Source: Octopus sinensis (Eukaryota). Taken from it: a stretch of DNA of 64,000 nt. Position 1 is the first letter of the stretch, and each line of letters opens with the position of its first letter. The notes beneath the pieces were generated by a model. That model saw only the letters and a list, made by a program, of their open reading frames with translations. It had not been told where the DNA came from and ran no database searches. The DNA is taken from the NCBI RefSeq assembly GCF_006345805.1, contig NC_043006.1, positions 20,522,001 through 20,586,000 of the forward strand, written 5' to 3'. The translations under genes and the position numbers were made by a program. Positions 37,579 through 51,901 of the stretch are shown here, piece by piece.

Positions 37579-38595
37579 GACAGACAGACAGGTATGGTAA
37601 TATGGTATTGAAGTTCACTTTCCAACCATTTGATTTCACATTCAATCTCAATGCATGGCACCTCAAACAAGTATCTTCTACTATAGCCCTGGGCCGATCA
37701 AAATCATGAGTAAATGTGGAAGACAGAAACTGAAAGACTCCCATCATGTATATAGATGTAAGTGTGTTTGTGCATATGTATTTGTACTCCACCACCACTT
37801 AACCGTTGTTGGTTTGTTTACATTCGCATAACTTAGTAGTGTGGCAAAAGTGATTAAGTACTACACTTAAAAAAAGTATAGGGGCTGATTTGTTCAACTA
37901 AACCAACTGGGGTCCATAGTGGGGTGTCCACGGATGCCATAAAGTAAATTGGGGGTCCATGGTAATTTTTCAGGGCCCATGAAAGAAACTGCTTCAAACA
38001 AGTAAAAGTTTATACGCCACTGCGTGGCATCTTGGGCAAGTGTCTTCTGCTGTAGCCCCGGGCTGACCAATGCCTTGTGAGTGGATTTGGTAGACGGAAA
38101 CTGAAAGAAGCCTGTCGTATATATGTATATATATATATATGTATATGTGTGTGTTTGTGTGTCTGTGTTTGTCTCCCTAGCATTGCTTGACAACCGATGC
38201 TGGTGTGTTTATGTCCCCGTCACTTAGCGGTTCGGCAAAAGAGACCGATAGAATAAGCACTGGGCTTACAAAGAATAAGTCCCGGGGTCGATTTGCTCAA
38301 CTAAAGGCGGTGCTCCAGCATGGCCGCAGTCAAATGACTGAAACAAGTAAAAGAGTAAAAGAGTAAAAAGAGTAAATAAATTGGTTATATGTCCGGCAAT
38401 ATACAAAATATTTTAACGGCTTTTATCATCATCATCATGGTATCTTCTGCAAGTTATCTTTTCCTCAATAAACCTAACATATCTCAACAAAAAAGTTTCA
38501 AAGATGACATTCCTCAACAAAAGATTGGTTTCCACAATTAAATGTAATGAAAATTTTGAGTGGATATGTCCGGTTTCTGCAGTAGAAGGGTTTAA

Positions 38596-38816
38596 CCCTT
38601 TAGCATTTAAACCGGCCATATCCGGCCAGAAGTATTCTGCCTGTTTTATGTTCAAACTGGCCAGATCTGGTCTCTCACACCAACCCTACAATATCGTTTT
38701 AAAAATTAACAGCTACCTCATCAAAATCTCATAGCTACAAGATGATGCATGATTAGTTCAAAACAATTTGGATAAAATAGCATTAATTTTGGCAGAATAA
38801 TGCGAACACTAAAGGT
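38596..38816. mobile_element. piggyBac-like MITE family 2, copy 2
   Basis: TTAA at 38592-38595 and 38817-38820. Near-identical to 4580-4800. Confidence 0.85.
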
Positions 38817-39086
38817 TTAACTGTGAAATTTTAAAAAGCAATTTGCTTCAGAATTGTAATTAACCTATTTTTTTTAAATGTAAAAAATCCTGTCACCAAT
38901 ATTTTTCAAAAGAAATTAAAATCATAGAAATTGAGAATGAAGTGGAGAAGAAAGAAATTCAAAATTATTTGAGGAACTGTTTCTGTATTGGCAAAATCAT
39001 AATCTTCATTGTTGGAAAGAACAATGCATAGAAACATTTGAAAATTCACAAAAGGAAAATAATGGGAACGTTTTTTTTTTCCTGTA

Positions 39087-40160
39087 TCATCATCATCATC
39101 ATTTAGCGTCCGTTTTCCATGCTAGCATGGGTTGGACGGTTTAACTGGGGTCTGTGAAGCCGGAAGGCTGCATCAGGCCCACTCAGATTTGGCAGTGTTT
39201 CTACGGCTGGATGCCCTTCCTAACGCCAACCACTCTGTAAGTGTAGTAGGTGCTTTTTACATGCCACCTGCACAGGTGCCAGACAGAGCTGGCAAACGGC
39301 CACGAACGGATGGTGTTTTTACGTGCCACTGGCACGGGGGCCAGGCGAGGCTGGCAACGGACACGAACGGATGGTGCTTTTACGTGCTACCAGCACGGGG
39401 GCCAGGCAAGGCTGGCAACGGTGAAAATTATCTCCATTTTCATTTTGTGTTTAAATACCAAAATAATGCTCTCCACTCCACACACATGCTTGCTTTCTCA
39501 TTGGTAATGGTTTTTCCTGAATGTATATGCAAATGAGTCCATAACCCGTGGCCTTTGCCAGGTATGTAGCCAGCCCACTTATGCATACCTTTCCGTCTTT
39601 GAACGCAAAACTCTGCTTGCGGAGACCTGTTGAGGCAAGTGAAATCGAAACTGAAATCGAACCACATCTGACGACTGGCACCCATGCCAACCTCCCTTCA
39701 TTGGACACTAAACTCTGCTTGCAAAGACCTGTTTAGGGCAAGTGAAAACGAAATTGAACCAAATCCTATGACTGGCACCCACTCCTGTGCAGGTGGCAAG
39801 TAAAGAAACACCGTTTCAACCCTGTGCTTGAGGAGACCTATTGAGTCATGTACATCAACATCAAAAATCAATGGAAATTGTAGTTGTGATCCCTGTGCCG
39901 GTGGCACATAAAAAACACCACCTGAACGTGGCCGATGCCAGTGCCGCCTTGACTGGCTTCCATGCCGGTGGCACGTAAAAAGCACCAACCGATCATAGCC
40001 ATTGCCAGCCTTGCCTGGCACCTGTGCCAGTGGCATGTAAAAAGCACCCACTACACTCACGGAGTGGTTGGCGTTAGGAAGGGCATCCAGTTGTAGAAAC
40101 ACTGCCAGATCAGACTGGAGCCTGGTGCAGCCTTCTAGCTTCCCAGATCCCGGTCGAACC
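39087..40160. mobile_element. Inverted pair of RTE 3' UTR fragments: 39087-39420 (-) and 39535-40160 (+)
   Basis: Both match the 30229-30740 UTR, in opposite orientations. Confidence 0.85.
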
Positions 40161-41866
40161 AGGATTGTGTGTTGTGTACTTGAGCAAGACAGTTTATTTC
40201 ATGTTGCTCCAGTTTACCTGGCTGTAGAAATGAGTTTGCAGTGTCACTGGTGCCAAGCTGTATCAGCATTTGCCTTTCCTTTGGATAACATGAGTGGCAT
40301 GGATGGAGAGGGGAGGCTGGTATGCATGGGCAACTGCTGGTCTTCCAGAAACAACCTTGCCTGGACTCGTGTCTCAGAGGGGAACTTTGTAGATGCAATC
40401 CCATGGTCATTCATGACTAAAGTAGGGGGGGTGTATCTTTATAATGTGTGTGTGTGCTTATGTTTTGTGCGTACACATCCTAGATGTCAGAAGAGGTTTT
40501 TAAATGAGCATCATCATCATTGTCAGAGAATCAAGGTTTTTTTTCATTTCCTACCTTCTGTGGGAAACATGTCGAGCTAAGGGAAAGCATTACCTCCCTT
40601 GGGTGTGAGTGTTGGCAACAGGAAAGGCATATGGCTGTAGAAACAAATTCCATCTACCCCATGCAAGCATGGAAAAAGTGGATGTTAAATGATGAAGGTG
40701 GTGGTGGTGATGATGATGGTGGTGGTGGTGATGATGGTGTGTGTGCGTGTGTGTGTGTGTGTTCAGTGTATATATATGATTGTATATGTATTGAATATAA
40801 CAAGTGCTTTATTATTTATTTATTTACTTCATCAGTAAGATGGAATCTGTTCATTTAAGAATCGATGCTCGTCTCTTCTTTCTATCAGTCTATTTTCGGA
40901 TCGTGGCTTTTAGAACGAACATGGTATTAGATGGTGATTGTGTTTGGTTTCTGACTGATTGATATTGGTAATAATGGGAATGGAGAACGCTGAAACTGAA
41001 GCGTAAAGAGCACACATCCATGCAGGCACAGACAAACACACATGAATATATACATATAAATACATACATATATACATATAAATACATACATATATACATA
41101 TAAATACATACATATATACATATAAATACATACATACATATATATAAATACATACATACATATATATAAATACATACATACATATAAATACATACATACA
41201 TATATATAAATACATACATACATATAAATACATACATACATACATATAAATACATACATACATATATATAAATACATACATACATATATATAAATACATA
41301 CATACATATATATAAATACATACATACATATATATAAATACATACATACATATATATAAATACATACATACATATATATAAATACATACATACATATATA
41401 TAAATACATACATACATATATATAAATACATACATACATATATATAAATACATACATACATATATATAAATACATACATACATATATATATATGTAAACT
41501 GACACAAACACATACTACAAATGTGTGAGTGTATGAGTGAATCAGTGAATCAATTAGTTAATGAAAGTGAACACTGGATTGCGTTAGTGTGTGTGTAAAT
41601 TAGTAAACAAGTTATAGTGTATTTGTGTGTGTATGTGTGTGTGATCATCGTCATCGAAATTATCATCATTTAGCATCCCTTTTTCCATGCTGGCAAGGGT
41701 GGGACAGTTTGACATAAACTGACAAGCCATAGGGCTGCACCAAGTTCTAATATCTGTTTTGGCATGGTTTCTACACTTATATATATATATATCTATATAC
41801 ACACATACATTCATATACAAGAATGAGCATATGTAAATACATACATACTTATATATAACCCATACC

Positions 41867-42285
41867 TATTTCTTTACTACCCACAAGGGGCTAAACACAG
41901 AAGGGACAAACAAGGACAGACAAACGGATTAAGTTGATTATATATCGACCCCAGTGCGTAACTGGTACTTATTTAATCGACCTCGAAAGGATGAAGGGCA
42001 AAGTCGACCTTGGCGGAATTTGAACTCAGAATGTAGTGGCAGACGAAATACCTATTTCTTTACTACCCACAAGGGGCTAAACACAGAAGCAACAAACAAG
42101 GACAGACAAATGGATTAAGTTGATTATATATCGACCCCAGTGCGTAACTGGTACTTATTTAATCGGCCCCGAAAGGATGAAGGGCAAAGTCGACCTTGGC
42201 GGAATTTGAACTCGGAATGTAGCGGCAGACGAAATACCGCTAAGCATTTCACCAGGCGTGTTAACATTTCTCCTAGCTCGCTGCC
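41867..42285 (-). mobile_element. Head-to-tail SINE B dimer inside one TSD pair
   Basis: Two units joined at gacgaaatacc|tatttc (about 42051). ttatatataacccatacc occurs at 41849-41866 and 42286-42303. Confidence 0.8.
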
Positions 42286-42718
42286 TTATATATAACCCAT
42301 ACCACCATGGACAATAGATGTTTGACAATGATGATGATGATATTTTGAGTGGTAAGAAGTGTGCTTCCCAACCACATGGTTACGGGTTCAATCCCCATGT
42401 GTGGTTCCTTGGGCAAGTGTCTTCTACTATAGACTTGGGCCGAACAAAGGCATGTGAATGGATTTGGTACATGGAAATTGAAAGAAGTCTGACGTGTATA
42501 TATATATATATATATATCATGATCATGGACTCTCCCCTCGTTAGACAACATATTAGGGTTCTGCCATCTCTTGCGGAAAATCCTCACACCCCAGGTTAGC
42601 AGTCAAATGACAGAAACAATATATATATATATTCATACCAGCATGATGATATTTATATGAGTGTATGAATATATATATGTATGTATATAAACATAAGTAT
42701 ATATACACACACCTATGA

Positions 42719-42750
<32 letters not shown>

Positions 42751-43065
42751 GTGCGTGTGCATACATACATACATACATACATACATGCACACACGCACGC
42801 ACAAAGAGCAGTGAATGATGTGTTAGAGGAGGAAGTTAAGTTCAGTCTCCTGACACAATATAACCATCACATCCCTGACTGCCAATCTCATAAATAACTT
42901 CCTATTAGAAGCTGGCTGCTGTAGCTGCTGCCGATGCTGCAGCTGCTGTAGCTGCTGCCGATGCTGCAGCTACTTGTTCTGGGTATGAATTAGAGCAAAG
43001 AACAAAAAGAAAAGAAGAAAAAAAAAAGAAAGAAAATAGAGACAAACAACTGAACAGTTGTTATC

Positions 43066-43470
43066 TCTCTTTACTCTTTTACTTGTTTCAGTCATTTGAC
43101 TGCGGCCATGCTGGAGCACCGCCTTTAATCGAGCAAATCAACCCCGGGACTTATTCTTTTTTGTCAGCCCAGTACTTATTCTATCGGTCTCTTTTTGCCG
43201 AACCGCTAGGTGACGGGGACGTAAACACACCAGCATCGGTTGTCAAGCGATGTTGGGGGGACAAACACAGACACACAAACACATACACACACACACATAT
43301 ATATATACGATAGGCTTCTTTCAGTTTCTGATAACCAAATCCACTCACAAGGCATTGGCCGGCCCGGGGCTATAGCAGAAGACACTTGCCCAAGATGCCA
43401 CACAGTGGGACTGAACCCAGAACCATGTGGTTGGTTAGCAAGCTACTTACCACACAGCCACTCCTGCGCC
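43066..43470 (-). mobile_element. SINE family A
   Basis: Canonical sequence. A further full copy lies at 43810-44210 (-). Confidence 0.9.
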
Positions 43471-43661
43471 ATATTTTTTAATACTATTCCTACAACCCTT
43501 TGCTGTCTTTAGTTACGACACTTTACATTCTGAGTTCAAAACTTGCCGGGGGCCAACCAGGGCCTCTCTTCCATCAGTCATGTATATGCGTTGAGGCTGT
43601 TTTCCTAGTGATTATTCCCTCAATACAGTGACGTAGCCTATCTTTAATCTTTTATCATAGA

Positions 43662-43695
<34 letters not shown>

Positions 43696-44011
43696 TTATA
43701 AGTAATAATAATAGTGGTTTCAAATTTTGCCACAAGGGCAGCAATTTTTGGGGAGAAGATGAGTCAATTACATCGAAACCAGTGTCCAACTGGTACCTAT
43801 TTTATTGATCTCTTTTACTCTTTTACTTGTTTCAGTCATTTGACTGCGGCCATGCTGGAGCACCGCCTTTAATCAAGCAAATCGACCCCAGGACTTATTC
43901 TTTTGTAAGCCCAGTACTTATTCTATCGGTCTCTTTTGCCGAACCGCTAAGTAATGGGGACATAAACACACCAGCATCGGTTGTCAAGCAATGCTAGGGG
44001 GACAAACACAG

Positions 44012-44044
<33 letters not shown>

Positions 44045-45009
44045 CATATATATGACGGGCTTCTTTCAGTTTCCGTCTACCAAATCCACTCACAAGGCTT
44101 TGGTCGGCCCGAGGCTATAGTAGAAGACACTTGCCCAAGGTGCCACGCAGTGGGACTGAACCTGGAACCATGTGGTTGGTGAACAAGCTACTTACCACAC
44201 AGCCACTCCTGATGAATAAACGGCAAAGCTGACCTCGGCAGAATTTGAACTCAGAACATAAAGATTGATGAAATGCCACTAAGATCACTGCCTTGATAAT
44301 AATAACAACAACAATAATAATAATGATTCTTTTTTTTTTTTATCGGCCACAAGGGCCCTAAGACATTTCTTCAAATTTTATGTTTTGAGTTCTCATTCTG
44401 CAGAGGTCGACTATGCCTTTCAAGGTCAATAAAATAAGTACCAGTTGATCACTGGGTTTTGACGTAATCATCTCATTGCCCACTAAATTTTGTGGCCTTG
44501 TTATTAATAGTTTTGCCATTAGGGTGGAAGCTAGCAGAATTATGACCATGAATGCTTTGTGGCATTTCTTCTGGTCTTCATGTAATGAGTTTAAATTCCA
44601 CAGAGGTTGTCTTTGCCCTTGATCTTTTCAGTATCAATAAAATAGAGTTACAAGTACTGAGGTCAGTGTAATCAACTTTGACCTCTCTCGGCAAAGTTGC
44701 TAGCCATGCACCAAAGTTGGAAATAACTTTTCTCATTATTATTATTAGGATGGTAAGCAGGCAGAGTTATTACAGTGTCAGACAAAATGCTTTGCAGTAT
44801 TTCTTCTGTTCTTCTGACTTACCACATGCGGAATTCAAATTTTATAGGAGCCAAATTTGGCTTTCCTCCTATTAAAGTTGATACAGTACAGCACCAATTA
44901 AATATTGGGGTTGACAGAATTGATTGACCCCCTCCCCTCAAAAAAAAATTGCTGGCCTTAAGCCAAAATGCAAAAGTCATTATTATCATTATTATAATAA
45001 TTATTATTA

Positions 45010-45244
45010 GGGTGGTGAGCTGGCAAAATCGTTAGCACGCCGGGCGAAATGCTTCGCGGTATTTCATCTGTCTTTACATTCTGAGTTCAAATTCCACCGA
45101 GGTCAACTTTGCCTTTCATCCTTTCGGGGTCGATAAATTAAGTACCAGTTACACATTGGGGTCAATTGTAATCGACTTAATCCCTTTGTCTGTCCTTGTT
45201 TGTTCCTTCTATATTTAGCCCCTTGTGGGCAATAAAGAAATAAG
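45010..45244 (+). mobile_element. SINE family B, full length
   Basis: Runs from ggtggtgagctggcaaaatcgttagc to ttagccccttgtgggcaataaagaaataag. Other full copies lie at about 15765-15930(-) and 57045-57268(-). Confidence 0.9.
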
Positions 45245-46399
45245 AATCGTTAGCACACTTGGACAAAGTGCTTAGCAACATTTCATCCACCTTTACATTC
45301 AGAGTTCAAATTCCACTGAGGTCGACTTTACCTTTCATCCTTTAAAATGATTATTAAGGCAGTGAGGTGGCAGAAATGTCAGGCATAATGCTTAGTGGCA
45401 TTTCGTCTGTCTTTACATTCTGAGTTCAAGTTCTGCCAAGGTCGAATTTGCCTTTCATCTTTTGAGGGTTAATAAAACGAGTACCATCACATCCCTGACT
45501 GCCAATACCCTCTCCTCCAAAACTGCTGGCCTCATGCCAAAATTTTAAACCATTATTATTATTATTTGGCCATGGTCGATTTGTGGAGGCGCATGACTTA
45601 GTGGTTAGGGTGTCAGCATCATGATCGTAAGATTGTGGTTTCAATTCCTGGACCGGGCGACACGTTGTGTTCTTGAGCAAAACACTTCATTTCATGTTGC
45701 TCCAGTCCACGCAGCTGGCAAAAATGAGTAACGTCTCGTCCAGCAGGGGAACACATACGCCATAGAAACCGGGAAACCGGGCCCATGAGCCTGGCTAGGC
45801 TTTAAAAGAGCGCATTTATCTAAGGTCGACTTTGGATTTTATCCCTTCAGGATCAATAATAAAATAAGTACCAGATAAGCACTAGGGTTCATGTAACCGG
45901 TTAGCCTCCATCCCAGAAATTCAGGGTCTTGTGGCTATTGTAGAAAGGATTATTATTATTATTAGCTAACTGTAAGAGTTAGCTCAGTCATTTCTCATTC
46001 TGAGTTCAAGTCTTCCTCGCATCAACTTTTGCTTTTCAAATGTTTGTTTTTTTTCTTTCGTAATCAGGGTGCAAGGCAGGTCTAATGACCATTTACAGTG
46101 ACATTGAGACAGATACCAGGAAAAGATTTAGATATTTTCAAACCAGAAACCTGGCCCAAATGTTTGGAATAGTGGACTCCACAAAAAGCACCACAGGTAC
46201 CAGGATGCACACAAGTAGGGTATGGCAGGATTGGAACTGAGAATCCAAAGAACCAGAACAATTATGAAAAGCATCCAGTTAGAGATTCTGACAGACCTGC
46301 CAATCTAGTGTCCTGAACTGGAATATTTATCAACCTTGAAATGATATAAAGCAAAGATGACCAAGAATTTGAACTCAGGGCAGAGACACTCAGGAAATA

Positions 46400-46452
<53 letters not shown>

Positions 46453-46453
<1 letters not shown>

Positions 46454-47099
46454 AAGCAAAAAATATGCACACACACACATATATATATGTATTCATAATT
46501 CTGTACCATGTTCTCTGGTTTTTTTCTTTTCTTTTGTCTTTGTTACCACACCTATTCGCTAGCTTTCTTACAAAGGGGTTTAATGCTCTTAGCTTAGACT
46601 TTTTGGGGGACAACCAGATTGAACGTTTTTGCCAGCTCGCCGCCTTGCAAGACAAAACCCCTCGGCTGGAAGGCAGCATGGTATTAAATGGGGAGTAGCT
46701 TTGTGCCAGTTGAGAGATCAAAAGTACAGAGGGACAGGGATTGGTGTCTTGCTGTAGAGTAGATACATGAATACTCCAGTTAGAAAAGGAGAGCAAGTTA
46801 GAGATTAAGATAAGGGGAATGGGTGAGTCAGAGAGTAAAATAAAGCCAACAATAGTGGCCAAGACATGTCAGCACATGCCCTTGAGGGACATTGAGAGTG
46901 GTGAGAATAAGTGATACAGGGGTTTGGGCTTGGATGGAGGGTAGAGGTGACTGTAACAAATGATGAAAGAGAAACCATTTTCTAGCTACCTTTGATAGGA
47001 ACTCTCAACATCACACTTTCAGTTGCAGCTCAAGCAGGAATTTTAGAGGTAAACCTAACTGAGCACTCATAGTGCATACCCATTACTTTTATCAGTATA

Positions 47100-47141
<42 letters not shown>

Positions 47142-47442
47142 TATATCACCATGACCGACCAGGCTATCAGATGTTGCTACACATTGCTGGTCACAATGCG
47201 CTTCGCATTGTTTTAGCCTTCAAATGACACCACCCCGCTGGCTAAGCGAGCAGGCCAACAGAAGAAAGAGTGAGAGAAAGTTGTGGCGAAAGAGTACAGC
47301 AGGGATCGCCGCCACCACCCTGCCGGAGCAGCGTGGAGCTTTAGGTGTTTTCGCTCAATAAACACTCACAACGAAACTGGGAATCGAAACCGCGATCCTG
47401 CAACCACGAGTCCACTGCCCTAACCACTGGGCCATTGTGCCT

Positions 47443-47502
<60 letters not shown>

Positions 47503-48148
47503 AGCAAAAAATATGCACACACACACACATATATATATGTATTCATAATTCTGTACCATGTTCTCTGGTTTTTTTCTTTTCTTTTGTCTTTGTTACCACA
47601 CCTATTCGCTAGCTTTCTTACAAAGGGTTTAATGCTCTTAGCTTAGACTTTTTGGGGGACAACCAGATTGAACGTTTTTGCCAGCTCGCCGCCTTGCAAG
47701 ACAAAACCCCTCGGCTGGAAGGCAGCATGGTATTAAATGGGGAGTAGCTTTGTGCCAGTTGAGAGATCAAAAGTACAGAGGGACAGGGATTGGTGTCTTG
47801 CTGTAGAGTAGATACATGAATACTCCAGTTAGAAAAGGAGAGCAAGTTAGAGATTAAGATAAGGGGAATGGGTGAGTCAGAGAGTAAAAATAAGCCAACA
47901 ATAGTGGCCAAGACATGTCAGCACATGCCCTTGAGGGACATTGAGAGTGGTGAGAATAAGTGATACAGGGGTTTGGGCTTGGATGGAGGGTAGAGGTGAC
48001 TGTAACAAATGATGAAAGAGAAACCATTTTCTAGCTACCTTTGATAGGAACTCTCAACATCACACTTTCAGTTGCAGCTCAAGCAGGAATTTTAGAGGTA
48101 AACCTAACTGAGCACTCATAGTGCATACCCATTACTTTTATCAGTATA

Positions 48149-48195
<47 letters not shown>

Positions 48196-48501
48196 TATAG
48201 ATATATCACCATGACCGACCAGGCTATCAGATGTTGCTACACATTGCTGGTCACAATGCGCTTCGCATTGTTTTAGCCTTCAATGACACCACCCCGCTGG
48301 CTAAGCGAGCAGGCCAACAGAAGAAAGAGTGAGAGAAAGTTGTGGCGAAAGAGTACAGCAGGGATCGCCGCCACCACCCTGCCGGAGCAGCGTGGAGCTT
48401 TAGGTGTTTTCGCTCAATAAACACTCACAACGAAACTGGGAATCGAAACCGCGATCCTGCAACCACGAGTCCACTGCCCTAACCACTGGGCCATTGTGCC
48501 T

Positions 48502-48548
<47 letters not shown>
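46453..48548. repeat. Direct tandem duplication, period about 1048 bp, near-identical copies
   Basis: taagcaaaaaatatgc starts at 46453 and 47501. The differences seen are homopolymer or (TA)n length changes. Confidence 0.9.
47145..47442 (-). mobile_element. SINE family C, tail type 3 (duplicated at 48205-48501)
   Basis: Family C head and core with a third unrelated 3' module (reverse complement gttggcctgctcgcttagccagcgg...gcctggtcggtcatgg). Confidence 0.8.
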
Positions 48549-48552
<4 letters not shown>

Positions 48553-48609
48553 CGCACAAAACACACATATATCATAGCCTTGTAAGCTCTAACAAAGGTT
48601 TTAAACACC

Positions 48610-49480
48610 TGTTGCCCTTGCTAACACCTATAGGGGTATCACTTCATGCACAGAGCTGTACATATGGTAAATCCAGAGAAGTTCCATCCAAGGAAGTGAC
48701 CCCTAAAATAAAGAGACATGAAAGTAAATGTAACAGAGACTATAATATTAAAATGAAGGAAGACAAGATCCCACAACAATCATGGAAATGGCCATACTTA
48801 AGCAGAAAATTAGATAAAACATTCTATTGTCAAATTTATAATGAACTCAAAGGCACTTGAGAAAAGAAATATTTTCAAATGCTCAGGACTGTAGAAGTAA
48901 TTGAGAGCATTCATTACCAAGGTAACCTAATTAAAAGTGAGAGTGCCAATTCTGTTACTAGGATATAAGAACTGGTTGGATAAAAAGTTCTGAGAGCTAT
49001 TATCTCTACCTCAACAAAGGGTTTCTTTTTCAAAGTGAAAGGCAGACTCCATGATGCCTGAACATGAAATGTATCACTTGAATTTTGTGACATGTAGGCT
49101 TTAAATACAGAGGTTTTGTGGACACAAGAAAGAAATGAAGTTTTGCCGGACGTACATTATTAAGGTGTATAAACAGTGCAGTACAAAAAAGCTGAGAGAA
49201 AAACTACACATAAGAGGAATCTGGATGTACTGTGCAAGAGAGGAGACTGTTACGACCATGTGATGCAAATGGAGGAAAACAAAATTTTCAGAGATGTGCC
49301 ATGTACTCAAAGAGAATGGAATCTGTGGAAGAATGAAACCAAAGAAGACTTGGGACAAAGTGGCAAAGAAAGATCTGAAGATGCTGCATCTTATGAAAAA
49401 AGATGACAAAAGATTTGTGTTGATTGGCAATATTGCAGTTTGGGAGGAGATCCACCCATCCACTTGCGCAAGCATGGCAA
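48610..49480 (+). mobile_element. Old RTE LINE fragment (post-RT region)
   Basis: Degenerate VEVIESIHYQG, KGF..KVKGRL, YDHVMQM and CGRMKPKKTWDKVAKKDLKMLHL. Confidence 0.75.
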
Positions 49481-51865
49481 AACTTATATTAAAATTGGTA
49501 GTGATAGAGGCTAGGAAGTATAACATATACCAATATACTGTTACGTCTATGTCTGCTGCCTTGCACTGCTTCTTCGACACGCTCTCTTTCTAAAAATTTG
49601 CATCTCTATCACTCGCTTTCTTCTCAATTCATTCAGCTATGCTGCTGGTGAAAATAAGAACGACAATGCCACCTATTCAATCTACACATCCCCTCCGAAA
49701 CCCACCCTTTCTCCCTTTCACCATACCATGTGATCTGTGTAATATGGGATAGTAGAAGACCCATCCGTATTTCAATTCACTATCATCATCATCATCATCA
49801 TCCTTATCACTCTACAACCTTATTTCACATGGTCTATGCATAAAGGACTGCATCAAAGCTGTTTGTACCCAATACTTTCGACTTCAGAGACACTTCTTAC
49901 TGACATCGGCCACGGGCCACTTCCATAATTACCCATCACTCTTTCTCTCACACGAACCACTCATTCTCTACCATTACACTCTTGCTAATTAACACTTTCA
50001 TGTTCCATCCAGGTTCTTCAAAAAAAAAAAAATGCCTTCTCTCATCAATTCTCTTACATTGAATAATGAGGCTCTTTTAATTCTATGGGGTCCAAGAAAA
50101 CTCCACAACTGCTGGTTCCACAATGGAATGTACCCAAGTAAACTTCATAAAGGGATTAGTGAACAAGCAAAAATCATATGAAACTGAGAAGACATCACAT
50201 ATTCTTTAGGGGGTGATGCGAGAATAAAATGCACCCAGTGCACTCTGTGAAGTGGTTGATGGTAGGAAGGGTGTCCACCCATCCAGCCAGAGACACTAAT
50301 CCAACACTGAAGAGTACAAGTGACCTATCTAGGTGGGTAGTAACTTCCAATGAGAATAGATTTGGACCACAACAACTGAGCTAACCCATGCCAGCACAGA
50401 AAGCAGATGTAAGGCAATAATGACATATGTGTGTGTATGTACACATGCACACATAGGTATATATACATATACACTACTTCCAGTCATTGCCTCGAGTTCC
50501 TTTCGTATTAGTTTTAAGAGATGAGTGAATTTGCATTATACATACTTTTACATGTGTGTATATATATATATATACACACACACACATGTGCTTGTATGTA
50601 CACACGTATATATATATCATTCAAATATATATCTACACAACCATGTAAATGTATATACATATGCATACAAATACACATGCATGTATATGCGAATATATTT
50701 ACATATACATATTTAAATATGTGTATATAGATGTATGTATAAATGGTGGTGTATACATTTCATCTCTGCCTCTGTCATTTTACCTTTGCCTTCAATGCTG
50801 GCATGGGTTGAAGTGGACACATATACATGTGTGTGTGTGTGTGAGTAGTTACATAATGATATATATATATATATATATATATAGCATGTATATATATATA
50901 TATGCATGTATATATATATATGTATATATACATATATATGTAAATATACATATATATGTAAATATACATATATATATGTAAATATACATATATATGTAAA
51001 TATACATATATATATGTAAATATACATATATATATATATATGTAAATATACATATATATATATGTAAATATACATATATATATGTAAATATACATATGTA
51101 TAAATGCATATATATATGCATGTATATATTTGCATGTATATATACATATGTATATATGCCTATATATATATGCATGTATATATTTGCATGTATATATATA
51201 TGCATGTATATATATACATGCATATATATATACATGTGTATATATATATATATACGCAAGTATATATATATATATGCATGTATGTGTATATATATATGCA
51301 TGTATATATGTATGTATATATATATATACATGTATGTATATATATATATATACATGTATGTATATATATATATACATGTATATATGTATATGTATATATG
51401 CATGTATATATATATAATATATATGCATGTATATATATATATATATGCATGTATATATATATATACATGTGTATATATATATATACATATGCATGTATAC
51501 ATACATATATGTATCAATGTATAAACACGAGTATATATGTATTTACATCAATGTATACTGCACACACACACATATATATATATTATGCATGTATATATAT
51601 ATATATGTATATATACATATGTATATATGCATGTGTATATATATATACATATATATATGTAAATATACATATATATATATATATCTTATATATGTATGCC
51701 TTTATTTGCTTAAAGGCACACACACACACACATGCATATACACAGACACATTCACGTGTAAGTTAATATCTGAATATAATATAAACGGATATCCTTCTAA
51801 ATGTGTGCATATAGGTGTTTTTGTACTTAACCGCACGCGAGTGTGTGTGTATATACATATATATC

Positions 51866-51901
<36 letters not shown>

